Shown here: one piece after another, positions 34,601 through 43,598 of the stretch
How the letters are laid out: each line of letters begins with the position of its first letter
Position numbering within the stretch: position 1 is the first letter of the stretch
Source of the DNA: an uncultured Candidatus Saccharibacteria bacterium
GTDB taxonomy: Bacteria > Patescibacteriota > Saccharimonadia > Saccharimonadales > EFPC-124
NCBI GenBank assembly: GCA_964586395.1
Contig: CAZPGP010000001.1
Span: forward strand, 1,865 to 65,864
Direction of reading: 5' to 3'
Length of the DNA stretch: 64,000 bases
Made by a program: the position numbers and the translations under genes
Notes under the pieces: model-generated
What the model saw: only the letters and a program-made list of their open reading frames with translations
Told to the model about the DNA's origin: nothing
The model's database searches: none

Positions 34601-37600
34601 CACGGCTACAGAATCCGCAGCGCTGCCCTGAACTTCCAGCGCACCAGAACCCCAGAATGAGCTGCCGCCCGTGATGGCGAAGCGACCGTACTGTTCGTTG
34701 TAGATGACTCGATCCACGCCGTCGGCGCTCTGGATATTGAACAGCGAGTTGCTGTTCAGTCCGCCCTCGCCGTAGCCGCGTATGGTCAGACCGTAGCTGT
34801 TTGCATTCGGCGTGGTTGCGCCGATGGTGACCGGAGCCGTTATGGCGATTGCACCTTCCCGGTATGGCGTAGCGGTTGAGCCGGTTTGGATCTGAACGCC
34901 ATCGATGAACCAGCTACGAGCTGTGGCGTCGCTCTGCTTTATATATATGTAGCTGTTGGTGATGGTCGCACCCGTTGTGAACGTACAGCTATATCGGCCC
35001 CAACTAGAGTTGATCTGCTGGCTCGTCAAACAACTCACCTCGGTGCCACTAATGTCTGCGCGGCCGAGGCTAATAGTCGAGAAGCTACCAGCGCTCACCT
35101 TGGCGTTAAAGGTCAACGTGTACTGCGTGCTTGGCGCCAGCGTGACGTTATATTTGGCGCCTTCATTGATGTCAGCATTGGTTGTAATCTTCAACGACGC
35201 TGCGCCGAACATAGCCTGCGTCGTGTCTCGCGCAAGTGTCGAGTCACCGGCGGTGTTACCCGTCAGGCCAACCCAGCCGGTCGTGTTGGTTTCGATGCTG
35301 GCGTTCGTGATCATGTTTGGCGTGGTAGTGTCGACGTTCAGTACGTCGTTGCCAATGGCGTTCTGAATCTTGAAAGCGGCCGTCGAATTCGTGGAGTTTT
35401 TGAACGCCGTAGCGCCATCTGTGCCGATGGTCGCGACGGTGGTGTTGTTTGTTTCGAACGCCAGCGATTGAGCGTTATTAGTGCCGAGCGTCATCGTACC
35501 ACTCGGGGTGTTGCCGCCCATGCAGGCGAAGTTACCGCCCACGTTACAGCTGACATTTGTGCCGATATCGGTCGACAACGCCCAGGCGCTGCCATTCCAC
35601 TGCCAGAACTGGCCGGTTGACGAGCCATTAGCGAATGTAATGGTTGGATTTTGCCCGCCCGTACTGCTAATGGCACCGGAACCCGCCACGCTCAGAACCC
35701 CGCTGTTGCTGACAGTTACGTTCGTCGTGCCGCTGAGACCAATACCCGGTCCGGCTGTTAGGAATGAAGCCATGTTGCTGTACTGCAGCGCCGTTGCGCC
35801 ACCATTTACGTTGAGAATTTGACCCGCGCTACCGAGGGCGGTGAGGTTAGTACCACCGTTTGCGACTGGTAGCGTGCCCGTCACCTCCGTCGTGAGACTT
35901 ACCGACGTACCCAGTGTCGTATCCAGAACGCCCGAGTTAAAGGCTAGCCCTGAGCCGGTCAGATCAGTGAAGGCCTCGCCGTTAATCGTAAACGTTTGAC
36001 CGGTCGTAATGGTCGCGCCGGCTCCCATCGTCTGGCGCGCACTCCAGGTATTAGCGCTCCCCAGGTTGATCGACAGACCGCTCGAAGTCTTGTTGAGTGT
36101 TGCGCCGTTCAGCTCCAGGCTGAACACCGTGCCAGTTAACTCGATGCCCTGGCCGTCAGCCGTATACGTTGTGTTGGTGTCCGTATCAACGTCCGCGGCA
36201 CAGGCCCATTCACCACTCACTGAGGTCGCTTTGAGGATTTGGTTCTGAGTACAAACCCCCAGGCCGAACTGCGTACCAACCAAGCGCAGACCGCCATTGG
36301 TCAGTGCCGAATACGTCGTGTTCGTGTCGGTATCAACGTCCGCTGCACACACAAACGCCGTGCCGCTCCACTGCAACTTATCCGTACCACTACAGGTCGG
36401 GCTGTTGATGCCAACGGTATTGCTGGCAACCTGGAGACCATTGCCCGGATTAACCGCCAAAGTATAGGGACTGCCTGCAGTTCCGGCGCCAGATCGGACC
36501 AAGCCAGAGTTGCTGCCCGTCCCGCCGGTCACCTCATTGCCAATAACTGCGTCCTGTTCAGTCGGCAGACTCGCCAACTCCCATGAGTCGCCGTCCCACT
36601 GCCAGAACTGACCAGCGGTAGAACCGTTTGCAAATGTTAGGCTTGGTGTCTGTCCGCCTGTACTGGTGACTGGACCGGAGCCAGCGACACTTAGGACGCC
36701 GTTGTTGGTAACGGTGACGGTGTTCGTACCGCTTAGGCCGATGCCCGTGCCGGCGCTCAACAGCGAGCTTAAGTTCTTGTATTCCAGCGACGTGCCGCCA
36801 GAGTTCACGCCCAGCAGTTGGTTGGATGTCCCTAATGCGTTCAGGCCTGTGCCACCATTCCCTACCGGCAATGTGCCGACGACTTCGCTAGTGAGATCAA
36901 CCGACGTGCCAAGCGTCGTCTGCAGTGACCCGGTGTTGATAGTCAGGCCCGTGCCCGTAAGGTCTGTAAAGGCATCGCCATTAACCGTGAGTGATTGACC
37001 AGCGCCAATGGTCGCGCCAGCATTGAACGTCTGCGCGCCTGTCCAGGTATTTGCGTTGGCAAGATTAAGCGCGAGGCCGGCCGCACCCTTGCTCAGGCTC
37101 GCGCCATTTAGCTCGAGACCGAATGTCGTGCCCGTCAACTCGATACCCTGACCATCAGCAGAGTATGTTGTGTTGGAGTCGGTGTCGTCCGCACAGGCAT
37201 ACTCGCCACTCGTGGACGTTGCCTTCAGTATCTGGCCCGCGCTGCAGACCCCCAGGCCAAACTGCGTGCCGACCAAGCGCAGCCCTCCGTTGCTAATCGT
37301 CGAATAAGTCGTGTCGGTGTCGGCATCAGCAGAACAGATAAACGCGCTACCGTCCCATTGCAACTTGTCGGTGCCAGCGCAGGTTGGGCTGTTTACACCA
37401 ATTGCGTTACTGGTAACTTGCAGGCCGCTCCCCGTGTTAACCGCCAATGTGTACGGGTTGCCACCGGTCCCCGTACCGGTTCGAGTCAGGCCAGAGTTGC
37501 TACCCGTGCCGCCCACGACTTCGTTGCCGATAACCGCGTCTTGCTCGGCAGGCAGGAAAGCCAATGCCCAGGCGCTACCATTCCACTGCCAGAATTGCCC

Positions 37601-39817
37601 GTTCGAAGTTCCGCTCGCAAAGGTCACGCTTGGCGTCTGCCCGCCCGTACTGGTGATCGGGCCAGAGCCGGCGACGCTCAGGACACCACTGTTGCTAATG
37701 GTGACCGTGTTGGTACCGCTGACGCTGATACCGGTACCGCCACCCAGCAGCGAGCCAATATTCTTGTACTCAAGCGCACTACCGGCACCATTCACACCGA
37801 GCAGTTGATGCGCCGTACCAAGCGCGGTAAGGTTAGTGCCGCCATTTGCGATCGGGAGTGTCCCCACAACTTCGGTTGAGAGATCCACAGATGTTCCCAG
37901 CGTCGTCTGCAACGAGCCAGCTGCAACCGTCAGCCCGGTGCCGGTCATGTCAGTGATAACATCACCATTTAGCGTAATGCTCTGCCCAGCGCTTACAACC
38001 AGTCCGGCGCCATACGTCTGCGATGCGGCCCAGGTGTTAGCGTTGGCCGTGTTGAGTCGCAAGCCGCTCGTGCTCTTGCTGAGGCTAGTGCTGTCGAGCT
38101 CGAGACTGAAGGTTGTGCCCGTCAACTCGATACCCTGACCGTCGGCGGTATAGCTAATGCCGCCGCCTAGGCCATCCGCCGCACATGCCCAGCCGGTGCC
38201 ATTGGTATTCTTCAGGATTTGGCCATCGGTACAACTCTGAAGGCCGAGCGTGAATGGATCAAGCGCCGTCCCCGACCCAGACCGGGTAAGACCCTGACCA
38301 GAAGTCGCATTCAAAACCTCGTTTCCAACCACCGTATCGGCAGCTCCCGACAACAGCGCCAGCCCCCAGGTGCTACCGTCCCATTGCCAGAATTGCCCAG
38401 CCGAGGTTCCGTTGGCGAAGGTTAGGTTCGGATTCTGACCGCCCGAACTCGTTACCGGCCCAGAGGCAGTGACGCTGAGCGTACCCGTGTTGTTGAACGT
38501 CGTACCGGCTAGATTCATGCCAGTACCAGCAGTATAGGTAGTGTTGGTGTCGACATCAGGTGAACAGACAAACGAGTTGCCGTTCCACTGCAGCTTGTCG
38601 GTGCCGCCACAGGTCGGGCTGTTGACCGAGAATTGACCAGTGCCGCCGTCAAGGTTCAGGCCATTGCCGGCGCTGTAACTTATGCCACCAGCGTCGGTGC
38701 CACAGGCCCAACCACCGTTGCCATTACTCTTCAGAACCTCGTTCAGAGCGCAAGCTTCCAGGCTGAGCTTCAATGGGTCGACCGCTGTCGCACTTCCGCG
38801 AATAATCAAACCTCCGCCGGTAATAACATCAGTTACCTCGTTACCAACCACCGTATCGCCATCCCCACCGACGCTTTGCGGCAAGCTCGCCAGTTCCCAC
38901 GAATCGCCGTCCCACTGCCAGAATTGGCCATTCGCAGTTCCGTTAGCGAAAGTCACGTTAGGATTTTGCCCGCCCGAGCTCGTCAGTGGGCCCGAGGCTT
39001 GAAGGTCAATAACCCCCGTGTTAGTCAGTTGGCCAGCAACCGAGCTCAGACCTGCGCCCACCGATATGCTTCCGGTTGAGCCACCCAGATCAGTTACTGA
39101 TTTGTCGGCCGTCACCACGTTCACGAATGCGTCCCCATTGAAGTAGCTCAAGATGTTGGTATCTTGGTCGTAGTAGATTTGGCCAGCGACAGCGCTCGTT
39201 GGTTGACCGCTCGGCGCGATGATCAACGAGTTTTTGACCTCAAGTTGACCGTTAATGCTCATCTTGCGCGACCCCTGTATTGTCGGCAGGGCGCCCGAAC
39301 TGATTTCGTTCAGCGGAAGTTGCTGAACATCAAACCCGATAGCCGAGTTAACCGGGTCGATGGCGGCAGTCTGCTGAGCGTTGCGCCACAGCACAAAACC
39401 AGTAATGCCAGCGCCTAAAAGCAATAAAATCACAGCGACAACGATAGCTATCCGACGCGCGGCCGGAGACAGGTGCACACCCTGCCAGCCATCGTCAGGC
39501 TCTTCGTCATTTGGTGGTGTCGACTGCGGCGCTGGAGCTGATGGGGTTGGCGTCGGAACATACAGAGGCTGAGCCGGTGCGGCCGGAGCCGGATACTGCA
39601 GCATTGGCTGTTGACGTTCGGGCGAAAACTGCGCTTGATAACTCGCCGACCTCTGAACTTGAGGTTCAGAAATAGTACCCGGGGACGAGGGCTGCCCAGA
39701 AACACTCTGAAAACCAGTGTTTTGCTGTTCCAAGTTATCCACCACTCTGTGAAGAAACCTTTTTGTTTCGAACTCTCTCTCAGCAAAAATTATATTCGCT
39801 CTAACTCTGAAGCACAA
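31700..39817 (-). CDS. Giant cell-surface protein (about 2,630-2,705 aa): N-terminal Gln/Pro-rich region, a signal-anchor TM segment, five FWQW-containing Gly/Thr/Ser/Asn-rich repeat modules, and a large C-terminal beta-rich region
   Basis: A single 8.1-kb ORF. The repeat signature SGP.TS.GGQ.P..TFANG...GQFWQW.G..W.LA recurs five times, and the stretch ...TLGTSVDL..EV.GTLP..NGGT.L.ALG... three times. The start is ambiguous: TTG at 39817, GTG near 39745, or ATG at 39604. Confidence 0.7.
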   Translation of the reverse strand: MCFRVRANIIFAEREFETKRFLHRVVDNLEQQNTGFQSVSGQPSSPGTISEPQVQRSASYQAQFSPERQQPMLQYPAPAAPAQPLYVPTPTPSAPAPQSTPPNDEEPDDGWQGVHLSPAARRIAIVVAVILLLLGAGITGFVLWRNAQQTAAIDPVNSAIGFDVQQLPLNEISSGALPTIQGSRKMSINGQLEVKNSLIIAPSGQPTSAVAGQIYYDQDTNILSYFNGDAFVNVVTADKSVTDLGGSTGSISVGAGLSSVAGQLTNTGVIDLQASGPLTSSGGQNPNVTFANGTANGQFWQWDGDSWELASLPQSVGGDGDTVVGNEVTDVITGGGLIIRGSATAVDPLKLSLEACALNEVLKSNGNGGWACGTDAGGISYSAGNGLNLDGGTGQFSVNSPTCGGTDKLQWNGNSFVCSPDVDTNTTYTAGTGMNLAGTTFNNTGTLSVTASGPVTSSGGQNPNLTFANGTSAGQFWQWDGSTWGLALLSGAADTVVGNEVLNATSGQGLTRSGSGTALDPFTLGLQSCTDGQILKNTNGTGWACAADGLGGGISYTADGQGIELTGTTFSLELDSTSLSKSTSGLRLNTANANTWAASQTYGAGLVVSAGQSITLNGDVITDMTGTGLTVAAGSLQTTLGTSVDLSTEVVGTLPIANGGTNLTALGTAHQLLGVNGAGSALEYKNIGSLLGGGTGISVSGTNTVTISNSGVLSVAGSGPITSTGGQTPSVTFASGTSNGQFWQWNGSAWALAFLPAEQDAVIGNEVVGGTGSNSGLTRTGTGTGGNPYTLAVNTGSGLQVTSNAIGVNSPTCAGTDKLQWDGSAFICSADADTDTTYSTISNGGLRLVGTQFGLGVCSAGQILKATSTSGEYACADDTDSNTTYSADGQGIELTGTTFGLELNGASLSKGAAGLALNLANANTWTGAQTFNAGATIGAGQSLTVNGDAFTDLTGTGLTINTGSLQTTLGTSVDLTSEVVGTLPVGNGGTGLNALGTSNQLLGVNSGGTSLEYKNLSSLLSAGTGIGLSGTNTVTVTNNGVLSVAGSGPVTSTGGQTPSLTFANGSTAGQFWQWDGDSWELASLPTEQDAVIGNEVTGGTGSNSGLVRSGAGTAGSPYTLAVNPGNGLQVASNTVGINSPTCSGTDKLQWSGTAFVCAADVDTDTNTTYSALTNGGLRLVGTQFGLGVCTQNQILKATSVSGEWACAADVDTDTNTTYTADGQGIELTGTVFSLELNGATLNKTSSGLSINLGSANTWSARQTMGAGATITTGQTFTINGEAFTDLTGSGLAFNSGVLDTTLGTSVSLTTEVTGTLPVANGGTNLTALGSAGQILNVNGGATALQYSNMASFLTAGPGIGLSGTTNVTVSNSGVLSVAGSGAISSTGGQNPTITFANGSSTGQFWQWNGSAWALSTDIGTNVSCNVGGNFACMGGNTPSGTMTLGTNNAQSLAFETNNTTVATIGTDGATAFKNSTNSTAAFKIQNAIGNDVLNVDTTTPNMITNASIETNTTGWVGLTGNTAGDSTLARDTTQAMFGAASLKITTNADINEGAKYNVTLAPSTQYTLTFNAKVSAGSFSTISLGRADISGTEVSCLTSQQINSSWGRYSCTFTTGATITNSYIYIKQSDATARSWFIDGVQIQTGSTATPYREGAIAITAPVTIGATTPNANSYGLTIRGYGEGGLNSNSLFNIQSADGVDRVIYNEQYGRFAITGGSSFWGSGALEVQGSAADSVAVKLRQVSGQTADILQVASSVGGSPIRYSVGSGDYNDTSGTKMFNVISPNFNPTASSTATFVGLAVNPVVNFAGGGAGNSTALLVNPTYTAAGGGVNRLIDLQNGGTSVMNVSRTGATVHKTTTDSTTGFNIVDSGDSSIFDVDTLNNRVGINNTTPQTALDVTGAIQQTGMWTPDTLGVDANKWTKMGSCTITFQYGLCAAVINVLGGTNGTTSGNTQATISARVKQQDPLASAPLLNLTMNGTAQNITSSDFKMVTTQNNGAGTVVELWVRNTTAFERLYYAPTLNIDTNGQWDWTPETAYTASLPVGTQTAAVYGDVYASNMTIQPATNSLSSMVVKASVGGGGNEILRVDTTNERVAIGVIAGAPSAKLHVSTGTTVGLRVYQSGSSDALQLANATADFLTVSSTGATTLKNTTNSTAAFRILNAGNVEMLSVDTTNSRVMLGKVSSGLTASAKMYIGDFGSGVGNIFIGESEESTDSDVLELHGLAGLRFTVNDAAGDVRMRIEDEGVMILGTGSFGGGGRLHFGDVDQAWVGEYGTGDTDALQLNGRLGIYMSYNDTNRVKLDTAGLTIADNIDTPGKQYRMRTSGSSLDFEAAGAGLYFSAWSGAGFTGTQYIGMILYHDQSRTDFKSTYTYFNPTTSPSGDLVDFNRSNAGTLLGFAQAGTLQGSISINGTTVSYNAFTGSHYTWSNQNLQRGELVRMTGENNSRPGQDESAEPTYGVERTTTANDPAAMGTFLSRMNPELPFDMFDNANLVAAVGNGDMWVVDDGQDIQPGDFLISSDTAGHAMKDEGQFPTSYVIARAAQNVTWSGETQLIGGKKHKKISVLYGSFQKTNLSAFQQGVWSGGLVANDATFNGFVTFNGGIKFNGDATFDGNVAFNKNVTFSSNTAGTVTIPAGQKTATVTFSRQHTEKPVVNVTPEEFVSGSYRVKEVAKDKFLVELSQTQAADVHFNWSALSANAAN
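35560..39010 (-). repeat. Diverged tandem repeat modules inside the giant gene (about 0.55-1.0 kb spacing, five copies)
   Basis: Near-identical DNA blocks were noticed at about 35.60, 36.59, 37.56, 38.38 and 38.92 kb, encoding the ...GQFWQW... segments. Confidence 0.65.
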
Positions 39818-40000
39818 GGGGTTTGCTATCTGTTAACCTCTCGGTCTGTGTATAACTTCCCTCTATAAAATATGGCGCGACGAATATGCAAAAATAATTT
39901 ATCCCCACGTTGTACATCTTTTCCCCAGTTTTTACACACACTGTGGATGAATTTTGTTCGTAAAGATATAGAATTTTCGCGAAATAGTTGCAGGATTGCT

Positions 40001-40014
40001 ATAATTGCGATTAT
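40001..40014 (+). promoter_or_regulatory. Fur-box-like palindrome ATAATTGCGATTAT overlapping the Fur-family gene's start codon
   Basis: Perfect ATAAT-TGCG-ATTAT inverted repeat. A second palindrome, TTTCGCGAAA, lies at 39974-39983. The sequence gctATAATtgcg also resembles a -10 element. Confidence 0.4.
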
Positions 40015-40426
40015 GATCGACCGCTTCAAAGAAATTCTGAAAGATTCAGGCAATAGCTATACCGCGCCGCGCCAAGCCGTCTTTGAGCAACTCCTCAAAT
40101 CTGGCCCCACAACCGCAACCGAACTGGCCCGCTCCTGTGCGCCAACGATCGACCGCGCAACGACGTATCGGACCGTCACACTCTTTGAACGACTTGGGGT
40201 AGTTAACCGCATTTGGCATGGCTTCAAGAGTCAAATCGAACTCAGTGAAATCTTCACTCCGCACCACCACCATGCCTCCTGCCAAAACTGCGGTGTGAGC
40301 ATTGATATTGTGGACCCCGAGCTAGAGAAACTCCTCAGCCGCATCGCCCGCGAACGCAACTTCTTGGCGCTAGGACACGTCATTGAGCTGACTGGCTACT
40401 GTCAAAAGTGCCAACTAAAGCAGTAA
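40013..40426 (+). CDS. Fur-family metalloregulator (Fur/Zur/PerR)
   Basis: N-terminal winged helix (TAPRQAVFEQLLKSGP.TATELA) and a C-terminal HHHASCQNCG...CQKCQ metal-binding region typical of Fur proteins. Start set at ATG 40013. Confidence 0.75.
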   Translation: MIDRFKEILKDSGNSYTAPRQAVFEQLLKSGPTTATELARSCAPTIDRATTYRTVTLFERLGVVNRIWHGFKSQIELSEIFTPHHHHASCQNCGVSIDIVDPELEKLLSRIARERNFLALGHVIELTGYCQKCQLKQ

Positions 40427-40577
40427 TCCCATTGACTTTCACAGCCTTTAGTCGATAATGTACCCTTAGGCAGGTCTTATATATGTGCTGGCGAAAGTTT
40501 TGGTTTCCAAAAACGACCCTAAGTACATTGAGTGGTCGTCCTGTTAGAGAAAGATTTTAAGTAGGTATTTCAAACAC

Positions 40578-40907
40578 GTGAAACTTTATGTTGGAAACTT
40601 GCCCTACAACACAAGTGAAGAGGACCTGAAGGAGCTATTTGGCGCCCACGGTACTGTTACTTCTGTTAGCCTGATTAACGACCGCGAAACCGGTCGCTCA
40701 AAGGGTTTTGGGTTCGTAGAATTTGAGAACGACGAAGAGGCCAAGAAAGCCATCGACGCTCTCCACGGCCAGGACTTCGGCGGCCGCGCATTGGTTGTGA
40801 ATGAAGCTCGTCCAAAGACCGAGCGCCCTGACCGCCCACAAGGCGGCTCTCGTGGCGGCAACGGTAATGGTGGCGGCTTCAACAGCTTCCGTCAGCGCAG
40901 CTGGTAG
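40578..40907 (+). CDS. RRM-type RNA-binding protein with a Gly-rich tail
   Basis: RNP-2 MKLYVGNL and RNP-1 KGFGFVEF; C-terminal RGG/GNG low complexity; GTG start. Confidence 0.8.
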   Translation: MKLYVGNLPYNTSEEDLKELFGAHGTVTSVSLINDRETGRSKGFGFVEFENDEEAKKAIDALHGQDFGGRALVVNEARPKTERPDRPQGGSRGGNGNGGGFNSFRQRSW

Positions 40908-41021
40908 TCTAGTCAGCACAATAAAAACTACTCGATTCGTCGGGTAGTTTTTATTTTGCTTGACATTGTATAGTCCACAGGACTAATGTATGACTAGTAT
41001 AACTAATCATACGAGGTATAA

Positions 41022-41279
41022 ATGGGCCCACTTCCTCCTATGCATTCTCTTTCGGTGGCAACAGTTGGCACAAAAGGCCAAATTGTCATCCCTCAGGAGA
41101 TTCGCGAACAAGTTAATATCAAACCTGGCGACAAAATGGTCCTTTTGATGCGCGGCAAAAATGCCGTCGTCATGCTACCAATGGACGGAATTCAGGAACT
41201 CCTTGACCGACTTGACGCCGACTTTAGTCAGCTCCGCACAGTCGTTAGCAAAACAGAAGACAAAAAGGAGAACGCATAA
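41022..41279 (+). CDS. AbrB/MazE/SpoVT-fold small DNA-binding protein
   Basis: SVATVGTKGQIVIPQEIREQVNIKPGDKMVL is a swapped-hairpin barrel signature. Its stop overlaps the start of the downstream MFS gene (ATAATG). Confidence 0.5.
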   Translation: MGPLPPMHSLSVATVGTKGQIVIPQEIREQVNIKPGDKMVLLMRGKNAVVMLPMDGIQELLDRLDADFSQLRTVVSKTEDKKENA

Positions 41280-42928
41280 TGCTCCATCACATAAGCAAAC
41301 GTGAGAAGATAATCGTCCTGATAGCTGTCATGTCCGGCCTGTTCCTGGCGGCGCTCGATCAGACCATTGTCGGTACGGCTCTGCCAAAAATCCTGACCGA
41401 GTTCAACGCCCTCGAGAAACTCAGCTGGGTGGTAACCGCCTATTTGCTAGCCTCAACAGTTACCGTGCCAATCGCCGGTAAACTCAGTGACATCTACGGC
41501 CGCCGCAAACTCTTGATGGCTGGTATTGTTGTTTTTGTCGCAAGCTCGATGCTCGCTGGTGTTGCGCAGCACATCGACCAGCTCATTGCCTTCCGTGCCC
41601 TGCAGGGTATCGGTGGTGGTATTCTGTTTGCCAACGCCTTCTCTATTATTGGTGACCTTTTTGTCCCAGCCGAACGCGGTAAATGGATGGGTATATTTGG
41701 TGCGGTCTTTGGACTAAGCTCTGTGGTTGGCCCGCTCCTCGGTGGGTGGCTGACCGATGGTCACAGCTTCTTCGGGCTCACGACCGACTGGCGCTGGACG
41801 TTCTATATTAACGTACCTATCGGCATTATTGCCTTTGGTATGATCGCGCGCTACCTGCCAACCATCGTGGCCAAGGTTAAGCATTCCATCGATTACCTCG
41901 GCGCGTTGCTGCTGACTGGCGGCTTGGGTTCGTTGATCCTGGCAACATCGCTGGGAGGCACAAAGGACTGGGCGTGGGACTCACCACGCATCATCGGTTT
42001 GTTCGTAGCCGCCGTCGCGCTAATCGTCAGCTTCCTGCTGGTTGAGCGTAAGGCAAAAGACCCAATTCTTCCGCTCTCGTTCTTCAAAAATCCTGTCTTT
42101 AGTGTCGCAGCAATCCTGATATTCATCTTCGGTATCGGCATGTTTGGCGCGATCATCTACATCCCGTTATTTGCGCAGGACGTCCTGAACTTTAGTGCCA
42201 CCAACGCCGGCATCATCATGCTGCCAATGGTTATCGGTCTGACGGTCGCCAGTGCAATTTCTGGTCGTGTCGTCAGCTCCATTGGCCGCTACAAAGCAAT
42301 CTTGGTTGCTGGTATGGGTCTGGCCGTTGTTGGTATCTTTACCCTCACAAGTCTCACACCGCAGAGCACTTACTTTGACATGGCCTGGCGCATGATTGTG
42401 ACTGGCCTTGGCTTGGGCGTGGGTATGCCGCTCTTGAACCTCGCCGTCCAGAATTCCTTCCACCAGAAGGACATTGGCACCTCAACTGCTGCAATGCAGA
42501 TGTTCCGCAGCGTCGGTAGTACCGTCGGTGTGGCCATCATGGGCACCTTGCTCAACGGCGCGCTAAGTCAGAAACTAGCCGGCATCCAGGAAGATCCGTT
42601 CGTCAAAATGGCGAGTGCAAGCGGCCAAGGCGACAAGTTCCAAAACATTGACGTCAACTCAGTCCAGGGAATCCTAAGCGAACAGGGCAAACACGCCATC
42701 GAAGCCAGCCTGGCACAGTTGCCCGCGAACGTTCGCGAGACAATGCTCGGCGCTTTCCACGGCTTGGTTTCGACGCTTCAATCAGCGCTCAGTAGCTCAA
42801 TCACTCAGATTTTCCTGCTATCTGCGGGGCTGATGACTATAGCTTTCGTAATCAGTTTCTTCATCAAGGAAATCCCGCTGAAACACCACGCCGGCGATGA
42901 CGAGGCCACGCCTTCGCCTGCCGCCTAA
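41279..42928 (+). CDS. MFS transporter, DHA2 (EmrB/QacA-like, 14-TM) drug:H+ antiporter family
   Basis: Motif A-like ...GKLSDIYGRRKLL..G, 14 hydrophobic segments with a central loop, and Shine-Dalgarno AGGAG. Confidence 0.8.
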   Translation: MLHHISKREKIIVLIAVMSGLFLAALDQTIVGTALPKILTEFNALEKLSWVVTAYLLASTVTVPIAGKLSDIYGRRKLLMAGIVVFVASSMLAGVAQHIDQLIAFRALQGIGGGILFANAFSIIGDLFVPAERGKWMGIFGAVFGLSSVVGPLLGGWLTDGHSFFGLTTDWRWTFYINVPIGIIAFGMIARYLPTIVAKVKHSIDYLGALLLTGGLGSLILATSLGGTKDWAWDSPRIIGLFVAAVALIVSFLLVERKAKDPILPLSFFKNPVFSVAAILIFIFGIGMFGAIIYIPLFAQDVLNFSATNAGIIMLPMVIGLTVASAISGRVVSSIGRYKAILVAGMGLAVVGIFTLTSLTPQSTYFDMAWRMIVTGLGLGVGMPLLNLAVQNSFHQKDIGTSTAAMQMFRSVGSTVGVAIMGTLLNGALSQKLAGIQEDPFVKMASASGQGDKFQNIDVNSVQGILSEQGKHAIEASLAQLPANVRETMLGAFHGLVSTLQSALSSSITQIFLLSAGLMTIAFVISFFIKEIPLKHHAGDDEATPSPAA

Positions 42929-43584
42929 GGTCGCAGAATCGCCAAACTAGTCGCAACTTGCAAGCGCGCCGGATGAGTCACCAACCACTCATCGACGGCG
43001 CGTTTTGCGCCTGGCAAGGCCTCAGACTGGTAGTCGTCAACAACCACAACAGCACCTTCCGCCAGCCGTGGCCACACCAGCTTCAGGCTGTCATGGATTG
43101 AGTTATAAAAGTCGCCGTCTAAGAACGCAAAGGCGATTCGCTCGGGCATATCATCTGGCGTCAGATCGCTAAACCAGGCCTTGTGCATGACCGGTAGCGG
43201 CAAACCCGCCTGCTTGAAGTGTCGAATAAATTCAGATTTCTGCGCGCGCAACTCCCCCACCTTGAACTGTTCGCCGACAGGGCTGGCATCCTGGGCGGTC
43301 TTGGGTGGTAGGCCAGCAAAAGAATCGTAGGCGTGCAAGACCTTGTCGCTCCCATGCTGCTGCAGAAGTCGCCTGAGGAAAAGCGTCGTCGTGCCCACGT
43401 AACAGCCTAATTCTACAACATCTCCGTCGACATTGCTTCTCAGCACGTTCTCAAGAGACGAGAGAATTTTAACAAGTTCTTCGCGGCTCACTTGATCACT
43501 CAAAATCGGGTACTTCCCCAGTAAATCCATACGCCTATTGTACCTGCTATCAAAATGCAAGGAAAATCCCCACTGAGTAGGCAT
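42925..43584 (-). CDS. Class I SAM-dependent methyltransferase, TylF/MycF-like (macrocin-O-methyltransferase family)
   Basis: DGDVVELGCYVGTTTLFL SAM motif and ...AFLDGDFY.S....L..V.P.L..GAVVVVDDY, as I recall the Methyltransf_24/TylF pattern. Confidence 0.55.
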   Translation of the reverse strand: MPTQWGFSLHFDSRYNRRMDLLGKYPILSDQVSREELVKILSSLENVLRSNVDGDVVELGCYVGTTTLFLRRLLQQHGSDKVLHAYDSFAGLPPKTAQDASPVGEQFKVGELRAQKSEFIRHFKQAGLPLPVMHKAWFSDLTPDDMPERIAFAFLDGDFYNSIHDSLKLVWPRLAEGAVVVVDDYQSEALPGAKRAVDEWLVTHPARLQVATSLAILRP

Positions 43585-43598
43585 GCTACTATGGAACT

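Noticed and set aside
31739-39572. Dozens of 60-240-aa plus-strand ORFs tiling the 31.7-39.8 kb region
   Set aside because: All are antisense to, or out of frame with, the single 8.1-kb minus-strand ORF. They have no start signals and show low-complexity composition.
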